DNA from: Anaerolineae bacterium
GTDB taxonomy: Bacteria > Chloroflexota > Anaerolineae > Epilineales > Epilineaceae
NCBI GenBank assembly: GCA_029262755.1
Contig: JAJCYU010000251.1
Location: 1-33,415 of the forward strand
Direction: 5' to 3'
DNA length: 33,415 nucleotides
Each line of letters starts with the position of its first letter. Within the stretch, counting starts at the first letter, position 1. The notes beneath the pieces were generated by a model. The model searched no databases, was not told the DNA's origin, and saw nothing but the letters and a program-made list of their open reading frames with translations. A program made the translations under genes and the position numbers. Of this stretch, positions 26,846 to 33,415 are shown in pieces.

Positions 26846-27786
26846 GCGCCACCCGCCTCTGCGTCGTCACCGGCGGAGCGACCTTCGGGCTTCGCTGCCG
26901 GCTTCTCTGCGGCGGCGCCGGACGGTTCTTCGACAGGCTGCAATACCGATCCGACGATCTCTGCGACCGCAACGCGAAGCCGATCCAAGGCTCGCTCACG
27001 GGAAGGAGGCGCGACCAAGTAGCCGGTGAGCAAGCTGGCCAACGCGCTTGCATCGAGATGTCGCGATAGCCGACCATCTCTGGCAAGCGATAGGATGCCG
27101 GTCTCCTCGCTGACGACCACCGCCAACGCGTCCGATGTCGCGGAGATCGAGACGGCAGCCAGGTGGCGTGTACCCAGACCGGGATCGCTGACGGGCACGT
27201 CCGCGAGCGGTATGACGGTTCGTGCCGCCGCGAGCCGATCCCCGCGCACAACGACCGCGCCATCATGCAGGGGGCTGTGCGGGAAGAATACCTGCAGTAG
27301 GAGGTCGCTGGTCAGCATCGCGTCCATGCGGACGCCACGCTCCACAAGGTCGTCCAAACCCGTCTCGCGCTCGAGGACGATGAGGGCTCCGTGCCGCAAC
27401 TCCGAAAGCTTCTCCGCGGCCAATCCAATCGCAGCAACAACGGATTCCGCGGTCGTCGGATCCATCGTCGGGCGCAGGATCACGCCGGCGCGACCCAGGC
27501 GCTCCAAGGCACGCCGAAGCTCCGGCTGAAAGACAACGGGAATCGCGAACAGGACACCGGGCAACAACGCCTTCAAGATCCATTGCGACGCGAGGAGGTT
27601 GGCTTGAGAAAGGAGGAGGTACGCGACCGGCGCCAGCAGGAGCACGCCACGCAGCAACTGGACGGCTCGGGTGCCGCGCACGACGTAGAGCAGGGTGTAG
27701 ATCAGCCCAGCGACCAGGGCAATATCCAGCACGTCCCACGGGGAGAGCGCGGAAAGGCGGAGGGCGAGATCGGCGATCCACTGCAT
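26842..27786 (-). CDS. cdaA: Diadenylate cyclase CdaA/DacA
   Basis: Three N-terminal TMs, GTRAVQLL, FQPELRRALERLG, GALIVLERE, PLHDGAV, LGTRHLAA, VVSEETG. Start at ATG 27786. Confidence 0.95.
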   Translation of the reverse strand: MQWIADLALRLSALSPWDVLDIALVAGLIYTLLYVVRGTRAVQLLRGVLLLAPVAYLLLSQANLLASQWILKALLPGVLFAIPVVFQPELRRALERLGRAGVILRPTMDPTTAESVVAAIGLAAEKLSELRHGALIVLERETGLDDLVERGVRMDAMLTSDLLLQVFFPHSPLHDGAVVVRGDRLAAARTVIPLADVPVSDPGLGTRHLAAVSISATSDALAVVVSEETGILSLARDGRLSRHLDASALASLLTGYLVAPPSRERALDRLRVAVAEIVGSVLQPVEEPSGAAAEKPAAKPEGRSAGDDAEAGGA

Positions 27787-27832
27787 CAGCCGCGTTCCAC
27801 GTTGGGCGAATGCTGCACGCGATCCGCCCCGA

Positions 27833-28765
27833 TCACGCGGGGAGCGGCATTCCGCCCGCGAGCCACGCGAGCAGGGCCATCTGGGCATGCATGCGGTTCT
27901 CGGCCTGATCGAAGACCCTGCTTCGCAGGCCGTCGATCACCGCGTCGGTGATCTCGTCTCCCCGATGCGCAGGCAGGCAGTGAAGGACGATCGCGTCGGC
28001 GCCGGCGCGCGCGACGAGGGCCTCATCGACGCGGTAGGGCGCAAAGCGCGCCTTGCGTGCTGCCGCTTCGTCTTCCTGCCCCATGCTGGCCCACACATCG
28101 GTATAGACCACGTCCACGCCGTCCACGCCGTCGAGCGACGTCGTTGCGTGCACGCTGCCTCCCGAGGCCGAGGCGAAGCCTTCCGCCGTGTGCATCACGG
28201 CAGCGGACGGCGCGTGGTTCTCTGGATGCACGATCGTGACATGCATGCCGGCCAACGCCCCCCCGTGCAGCAGGGAGTGCGCCACGTTGTTTCCGTCACC
28301 GACATAGGCCAAACGACGTCCGGTGAGATCGCCGTACGCGTCTCGGATAGTGAGAAGATCAGCGAGGCCCTGGCACGGATGATTGTGATCCGACAGTCCG
28401 TTGATGACCGGAACGCTCGCAAAGCGCGCCAGCTCCTCGATATCCGCATGGGCGAACACGCGCGCCATGATGACGTCTGCGTAGCGCGAAAGAACCCGCG
28501 CGATGTCCGCGGCGCTCTCGCGACTGCCGAGCCCGATTTCTGCCGGAGACAGGTAGAGCGCGTCACCGCCGAGCCGGCGCATTCCGACCTCGAATGAGAC
28601 ACGCGTCCGCAAGCTCGGCTTGGCGAACAACATAGCGAGGGTGCGACCAGCAAGCGGTTGGGGCCGGTCGCTTGCGGTTCCGGACGAGCGCAGTCCGGCC
28701 GCCAAATCGAGCAGGCCGCGCAACTGGTCAGGCGATAGGTCCGCCAGGCTGAGAAAGTCCTTCAA
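27833..28765 (-). CDS. argF: Ornithine carbamoyltransferase
   Basis: KPSLRTRVSFE, HPCQGLAD, VGDGNNV, YTDVWASMGQE, LHCLPAHRG, FDQAENR. AGGAG RBS before TTG. Confidence 0.95.
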   Translation of the reverse strand: MKDFLSLADLSPDQLRGLLDLAAGLRSSGTASDRPQPLAGRTLAMLFAKPSLRTRVSFEVGMRRLGGDALYLSPAEIGLGSRESAADIARVLSRYADVIMARVFAHADIEELARFASVPVINGLSDHNHPCQGLADLLTIRDAYGDLTGRRLAYVGDGNNVAHSLLHGGALAGMHVTIVHPENHAPSAAVMHTAEGFASASGGSVHATTSLDGVDGVDVVYTDVWASMGQEDEAAARKARFAPYRVDEALVARAGADAIVLHCLPAHRGDEITDAVIDGLRSRVFDQAENRMHAQMALLAWLAGGMPLPA

Positions 28766-28798
28766 CGTTGCGGCTCCTCGGGCGCGGATTGCGTCGGG

Positions 28799-28827
28799 AG
28801 TATAGACGTGTGCCGCCCACGTCGCAA
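28799..28827 (-). promoter_or_regulatory. Putative sigma70 promoter for argF-cdaA-cdaR-GT
   Basis: TTGCGA-N17-TATACT on the minus strand, about 33 nt upstream of the argF start. Confidence 0.65.
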
Positions 28828-28991
28828 CGGTCCGAGCGCCCCCGCGAACCGGCTCGCATGGGCGTAGCGGAACGTCGCCTTGGGGTCATGGACGTGGACT
28901 TGTGCCGTGTTGAGCGCTTCGAGAATCGTTTGCGGCACGCGGAGCGCACCGGGGGGGGACGCGCCCATCGATCGCGAATACATTTCGCCGT

Positions 28992-29996
28992 CTACCGTGC
29001 CAGAGAAGCGAGCGCCATGGCCGCGATCAGGAGGACGCGTATCCGATCGATGGCTGCAAAATCGATTCGTTTGCCGCTGTGCGTTCTCACCCTTTCCTCC
29101 GCACCGCTCTCCGGATCAAGGTGTTCATCGGCGTTGTCGGGACGGGCGAGAAGCGGCCAGGCGGCGGCCCAAAGAATTCCCACTCCGATTCCGGCGAGGG
29201 GATGGTCCCAGACAAGAAGCGCGAGCGCCGCGCACAGCCATGGCCAACTTGTGCGCGACGTTTCCAGAGCGCGCGGCGTCCGATTCGGTTCCGCCGCGGC
29301 AGCCACGTCGCGGTCGGTCCCAATCCCGATCAGCGCCACGACCAACATGAGCAATACGAAGGGCCAAAGAGCATTCGTTTGGAGCCAAGCCGCGAGTTCG
29401 GATAGCGCGGAGCTTGCAAGCCGGTGGTCGCCGGACAGCGGGCGTGGACCATCCAGGGCTACCCATGTCAACACGGCCGGGACCATCCACACCGCAGCCT
29501 CTTGCACTCGCTCTATCAGACGCGCTCGATGGGGCGACGTCTTCAACGCAGGCGCGATCAGGTGGGCACCCAATGCGGCGGAGAGGACGGCGATGAGGAA
29601 TCGCAATGACGAGGATCCAAGCAGGGCTCCGATCGCGAGCGCGAGGACCACGCGCATCGCGATCCAGGCCCCTGCGGGCGGCGTATGAACCCGCTCTGCT
29701 CGTTCCGACGGCGCCGAAACATCGCCGCCGTCTGGTGCGAACGCCCATTCTACGATCGGCGTGAGCAGGAAGACGGCAAGCCACCAGAGCACGACGGTAC
29801 GGGCCAAGACGTCCGGCAGAGAGCCCGACCAAGGCGCGGCCGCCATCACGCCGAAGAGCACTGGCCAAATCGCGGACGCCCACGCGATGCCCGCAAGAGG
29901 CGCCAGACTGGGCAACGGTGCATTGAGCATCGCATCGACACGAGCGTGCCGGGCCGATGCGTCCGACTGCGCGGAGGAATTCGGTAGCGGATTCAT
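28992..29996 (-). CDS. Hypothetical polytopic membrane protein
   Basis: 334-aa ORF with many hydrophobic segments, preceded by a strong extended -10. No family recognised. Confidence 0.65.
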   Translation of the reverse strand: MNPLPNSSAQSDASARHARVDAMLNAPLPSLAPLAGIAWASAIWPVLFGVMAAAPWSGSLPDVLARTVVLWWLAVFLLTPIVEWAFAPDGGDVSAPSERAERVHTPPAGAWIAMRVVLALAIGALLGSSSLRFLIAVLSAALGAHLIAPALKTSPHRARLIERVQEAAVWMVPAVLTWVALDGPRPLSGDHRLASSALSELAAWLQTNALWPFVLLMLVVALIGIGTDRDVAAAAEPNRTPRALETSRTSWPWLCAALALLVWDHPLAGIGVGILWAAAWPLLARPDNADEHLDPESGAEERVRTHSGKRIDFAAIDRIRVLLIAAMALASLAR

Positions 29997-30005
29997 GGGC
30001 GCGCG

Positions 30006-30014
30006 ATTATATCA
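30006..30014 (-). promoter_or_regulatory. Extended -10 promoter (TGaTATAAT), near-leaderless
   Basis: Perfect TG-n-TATAAT ending 9 nt before ATG 29996, with no SD between them. Confidence 0.7.
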
Positions 30015-30244
30015 TGCGACGAGCACAGCACTTGCGAGGAACGCCCAGCGCTATTGCTGGCAGATTTTCGGCGGTCGTTCTGGGGCATCGGCACTTTGCG
30101 CAACACGCGGAACTCGACGCCAGGCGTCCCCGCGGAAGCCGAGCCGCGGCACGGCGGTGCCGCTGCGCACCTGTATCACGAAGCCGCAGCGTGCCACGAT
30201 CAACTACGTCCGCTTGCTGGCCTGCAAGGTGGGCCCGGGCTCTG

Positions 30245-30292
30245 TGGCAGCACCGACCCATCTGGCAGCACCGACCTATGTGGCGGCACCGA
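30245..30292. repeat. 18-bp tandem repeat (about 2.7 copies) spanning a stop codon
   Basis: tggcagcaccgacccatc / tggcagcaccgacctatg / tggcggcaccga. Confidence 0.8.
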
Positions 30293-31871
30293 GAAGATCG
30301 CGCGCCTGCGATTGCCACGCTTGCGCGGTTGCCCTTGTAATGGGCAGCACGCCCGGAACGGAGATCGCCGCGACGAGCGCGCTCTCATCCGCGCGGAGCA
30401 AGGCGCTTAGATCATCCAGGCCCGCATCGCGCAACAATGCCGCATAGATCGGCGAGATCCCGGTCACGTCCTCCAACGAAAATTGTGAAGCGGTGATGCC
30501 CGAGCCTGTCTTCGGGTCCGCGGCGCCTATCGACGGCGTGTCCGCTGCCGCCGACTTCGCGGTTGCATCTGTCTGGTCGGAGTCCGCAAATCCAACGGGG
30601 TCCTGCGACAACATCGGATCCGGTGTGGACGTTGGTGGCGACCACGCTTCGGCAGACTGCTCGGCTTTGCGGTCAAAGGCATCGTTCTCGGACGAACGAT
30701 CCTCTGTAGCCGACATCGCCTCCGGCGACCCTGAGCCGGACCTGGAAGCCTCCGACTCGAAGGAAGGCCGATCTTGCCCCGGTGCGCCCGTATGCCATCC
30801 GAGATCTGCGTCGAATGCAGCCTCCGGACGTTGTGATCCGAGATCGGAGCCGTCCGGCGGTTGCCAGGAGGCCGGTTCGCTTCGAGCGGGTCCGCGCGTC
30901 CCCATACGGGAGAGGAGCGCGGCTCCAAATGCCCACGCGGCAAGCACTCCCACCAACATGATCCCGCCGCATACGACAAGCAGGTTGGAGCCGTACATGA
31001 GAGCGCTCAGAAAAGCAGCCAGCACGCCTGTGCCAAGCGCCGTCTGCACGCGCTCGCCCTGGCCGGACACGATCCGGGCACCCAACTTCTGCCCAATGCC
31101 AACCCAGCCAAGCGCTATGGCGACGGCGCCTGCAACGAAGAGCAAGATAGCCCCGAGACCAAAGGTGACAAAACCAACCATCACCGCAGCCGGTACGAAG
31201 AGCAGGAAGGCGATCATACCGACGATCAATGCCCCCAGACCGGCGACAAGATTGTGCCCGGCAGCGAGCCGCAGATTGCGCACCGCGGCCGGAGCCGCGG
31301 TGGCTGTGAGGGCGGCGAAGATCGTGCTGAGCAGCACGGTTCCCAGCGCGGCCAGAACCCGCTCTAAGACGTCGCGTGCGCGAGCCGTAGAGGAGATGGC
31401 GCGCGGATCGGGACGCAGGTCTCGGGCGCTGCGCACTTGCCCGACGTCCGCGCCATCCGCGACGGAAACCGCGCCGCCGGCTGTCACGTCGCCCCCGATG
31501 CGTGCTGTAGAAGCGATGGAAATCTCGCCGATCGCATACACATTGCCGTCCACACGCCCGGAAATCGTCGACGCGTTCCAGCTGTTGAGGTCGCCGCGGA
31601 TGCGGCCCTCGATGACCGCGCCGCCGACGACGTTCGCATCGCCGTCGATCTCTCCGCCCGCTTCGACACGCAGATCGCCCTTCACTACCGACACGTCGCA
31701 ATCCCGCAGCTCTCCGGCAGCGACCACTAGATCTTCGCCGAACACAATGCAGGATTCTTGCGCCATTGCCGGGAGCGGCGCGGCCAGCTGTAGGCCGAAG
31801 GCCAACACCACGGCAACGGCAATGCGTTGCGGCATGGAGATGCGGCCGCGCCGAATCGCGCGAGCGATCAC
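30276..31871 (-). CDS. Membrane protein with bactofilin-like (polymer-forming) beta-helix, multi-TM region and C-terminal helix-hairpin-helix (DUF4332-like) domain
   Basis: Signal peptide (..PAMAQ); repeats GEIDGDA, GRIRGDL, GRVDGNV, ARIGGDV; several TMs; LEDVTGISPIYAALLRDAGLDDL. GTG start overlaps the anti-sigma stop (GTGA). Confidence 0.75.
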   Translation of the reverse strand: MIARAIRRGRISMPQRIAVAVVLAFGLQLAAPLPAMAQESCIVFGEDLVVAAGELRDCDVSVVKGDLRVEAGGEIDGDANVVGGAVIEGRIRGDLNSWNASTISGRVDGNVYAIGEISIASTARIGGDVTAGGAVSVADGADVGQVRSARDLRPDPRAISSTARARDVLERVLAALGTVLLSTIFAALTATAAPAAVRNLRLAAGHNLVAGLGALIVGMIAFLLFVPAAVMVGFVTFGLGAILLFVAGAVAIALGWVGIGQKLGARIVSGQGERVQTALGTGVLAAFLSALMYGSNLLVVCGGIMLVGVLAAWAFGAALLSRMGTRGPARSEPASWQPPDGSDLGSQRPEAAFDADLGWHTGAPGQDRPSFESEASRSGSGSPEAMSATEDRSSENDAFDRKAEQSAEAWSPPTSTPDPMLSQDPVGFADSDQTDATAKSAAADTPSIGAADPKTGSGITASQFSLEDVTGISPIYAALLRDAGLDDLSALLRADESALVAAISVPGVLPITRATAQAWQSQARDLLGAAT

Positions 31872-32401
31872 CGGCCCGCCTCGCGTTCCTGCAAGGCGTT
31901 CGTAGATCGAGGCAACACGAGGACGCCGAACCAAGCGGCGGCAATCGTCAATGCCAGCGCGCCGGAAAGCAGCCAGCCGACCGAACTGCCCGATGCGGCC
32001 TGAAGCATTGCATCGCCCATCGCAAGCAGGCCGAACGCGGTGGCCCGCGTCAGCGTCCATAGCGTGGGGCCAAGGTCTGCAAGCTGCCAGTGTCGGGAGA
32101 GCCCCACACTCGACCACGCAACAGCACCGGTTCCAACCAGCATCGCTGCAATGCGCAACAGATGAGCGCGCCACATCGGAGCCCTGCGTTCCTCCGCCTC
32201 GAGCCGGCCCATGACCCGCATCGAGAAATCCATGGGCGGTTCGACGAGCGGATCGGTTCGCAGCATGTGGTGAACCACGCGCTGTCGTTCCCATTCCTCC
32301 GCCAGCTCGGCAGAGTCGTCGACGAGCTCACGGAGCGCACGAGGGATCGCACCCTCTTCCAGCGCCGAGTCCATCAGGTCGCGAATGTCGGTTGCGTGCA
32401 T
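31868..32401 (-). CDS. Putative membrane anti-sigma factor
   Basis: Directly follows the ECF sigma (28-nt overlap, GGAGG RBS). N-terminal ASD-like helices with PPMDFSMRVM, then hydrophobic segments. Confidence 0.75.
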   Translation of the reverse strand: MHATDIRDLMDSALEEGAIPRALRELVDDSAELAEEWERQRVVHHMLRTDPLVEPPMDFSMRVMGRLEAEERRAPMWRAHLLRIAAMLVGTGAVAWSSVGLSRHWQLADLGPTLWTLTRATAFGLLAMGDAMLQAASGSSVGWLLSGALALTIAAAWFGVLVLPRSTNALQEREAGR

Positions 32402-33018
32402 CGTGTTACTCCTCCCATCGGAGCCGCCGAAGCCGTTTCCCTGCGGCTTCCGGCGGAGATACCAGGCTCATTGGGCCCGCTCTCGGCGATAAGCTCGGCC
32501 AGCCTTCGCCGAGCGCGATGCAGACGGCTCTTCACGGCCGAAACGCTCTCCCCCGTCGTCTCCGCGATCTCCGCGTAGCCCAGATCGTGCCAATACCGCA
32601 GGACAAGCACGAGACGATATTCCTCGGGAAGATGCTGCAACAAAGCGCGAATCTGTACGCCCCGTTCCGATCGGACCACGTTGCGCACCGGATCGACGGT
32701 TTCGGCGGCGAGTTGTCGCCACGGCGGCAATCCGTCCAACGAAACCACCTGGAGCTTCTTGCGACGCAATCGATCGATGCAGTGGTTCGCGGTGATGGAA
32801 AGCAACCACGTTGAAAACTTTCGCCCTGGGTCGTAGGCGCCCAACGCCCGATAGGCCTTTAGGAATGCTTCCTGGGCCGCATCCTCGGCATCGTTCGGAT
32901 TGCCGAGCATCCGGTAGGCCATGTTGTAGACTGGGCGTTGATAGCGTTCGACCAGATGGGCGAAGGCGGAACGGTCGCCGGCACGGGCATCCCGTATCCA
33001 GACGGCCTCCTCGTCCAT
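32374..33018 (-). CDS. ECF RNA polymerase sigma factor (SigW-like)
   Basis: GDRSAFAHLVERYQ, DAEDAAQEAFLKAY, FSTWLLSITANHCIDRLR, LPEEYRLVLVLRY, YAEIAE, VKSRLHRAR. AAGGAGG RBS. Confidence 0.95.
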   Translation of the reverse strand: MDEEAVWIRDARAGDRSAFAHLVERYQRPVYNMAYRMLGNPNDAEDAAQEAFLKAYRALGAYDPGRKFSTWLLSITANHCIDRLRRKKLQVVSLDGLPPWRQLAAETVDPVRNVVRSERGVQIRALLQHLPEEYRLVLVLRYWHDLGYAEIAETTGESVSAVKSRLHRARRRLAELIAESGPNEPGISAGSRRETASAAPMGGVTRCTQPTFAT

Positions 33019-33047
33019 GTTCTCCCTCCTTGCTCGTGTGCTGCCTA

Positions 33048-33073
33048 TACGCGGCGCCCCGGAGGGGGTTGCG
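33048..33073 (-). promoter_or_regulatory. Putative ECF (SigW-type) autoregulatory promoter
   Basis: CGCAAC-N16-CGTA on the minus strand, 29 nt upstream of the sigma ATG. The B. subtilis SigW consensus is TGAAAC-N16-CGTA. Confidence 0.65.
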
Positions 33074-33077
33074 GCGC

Positions 33078-33106
33078 TTGGCGCATTGCTACCGGGTGGA
33101 TACCAT
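33078..33106 (+). promoter_or_regulatory. Putative sigma70 promoter for the small divergent ORF
   Basis: TTGGCG-N17-TACCAT. Confidence 0.4.
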
Positions 33107-33176
33107 CGGCCGCCTCATCGCGGCCTTCCCATGGGCGCAACGTGAACCGTTGAAGCCTCGCCAGCCGGAGCCGACC

Positions 33177-33359
33177 ATGGACTACGATCTCATCATCGAC
33201 TGGCCGGGCGCATATGGCGGCCCGTCCTCGCGCGATGAACTCTTGCGTGCACTCAAAGAAGCGCTAGCGCTCGTCGAGTATACCCCAGGCGACACGGAGC
33301 TGTCCTGCGCAGGAATCCGAATCGAGGTCACCCGAACCGGCAGCCCGCGGGAAGAGTAG
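33177..33359 (+). CDS. Small hypothetical protein (60 aa)
   Basis: GGAG-6nt-ATG; protein-like composition (MDYDLIIDWPG...LLRALKEALALVEY...IRIEV); candidate promoter upstream. Confidence 0.6.
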   Translation: MDYDLIIDWPGAYGGPSSRDELLRALKEALALVEYTPGDTELSCAGIRIEVTRTGSPREE

Positions 33360-33415
33360 CCCGGCGTTTGCCCTACGTCTCGCGCGCATCGCGGCCTCAG
33401 CATGTCGGCGGATCC

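Noticed and set aside
27833..28765. argF as part of the LysW-like pathway, or as an acetyl/succinyl-ornithine transcarbamylase because of SLRT
   Set aside because: It lies about 14 kb from that operon in a separate unit, and SMG and HCLP motifs fit an ordinary OTC.
28762..28983. 73-aa ORF bridging the membrane protein gene and argF
   Set aside because: No RBS, unremarkable sequence, and it contains the likely argF promoter. Not fully excluded.
30245..30292. Possible mini CRISPR array
   Set aside because: The 18-bp units are contiguous with no unique spacers, and no cas genes are present.
31872..32294. N-terminal extension of the 672-aa ORF
   Set aside because: It overlaps the anti-sigma gene. 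The GTGA-coupled start at 31871 gives a sensible signal peptide.

Overview
High-GC bacterial chromosomal segment with about 21 credible CDSs. No rRNA, tRNA, CRISPR array or mobile element was recognised. Two secreted proteins end in a Pro/Thr linker plus an LPWLARG tail, which suggests a Chloroflexota host (inference). Left to right: partial VanW/G5 protein; GT4, HPrK-like kinase, GT4; a secreted propeller-like protein; a tightly packed minus-strand four-gene operon; divergently transcribed acnA; a secreted clan GH-A-like hydrolase; GT9; a secreted dockerin-bearing protein; minus-strand argF-cdaA-cdaR-DUF3524 (GTDC1/QTMAN-like) glycosyltransferase; a near-leaderless membrane protein; and a SigW-like ECF sigma with anti-sigma and a bactofilin-like membrane protein, preceded by an apparent autoregulatory promoter. 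The best candidate for an undescribed system is the operon at 7985-13950. It encodes an NlpC/P60 peptidase, a divergent MurD-like ligase, a LysW-fold zinc-ribbon carrier ending in EEEEK instead of EDWGE, and a fusion of a threonine-synthase-like PLP enzyme with an ATP-grasp ligase. This looks like carrier-protein chemistry linked to peptidoglycan stem-peptide enzymes rather than to lysine or arginine biosynthesis. All family calls come from motifs recognised by eye; no searches were run.
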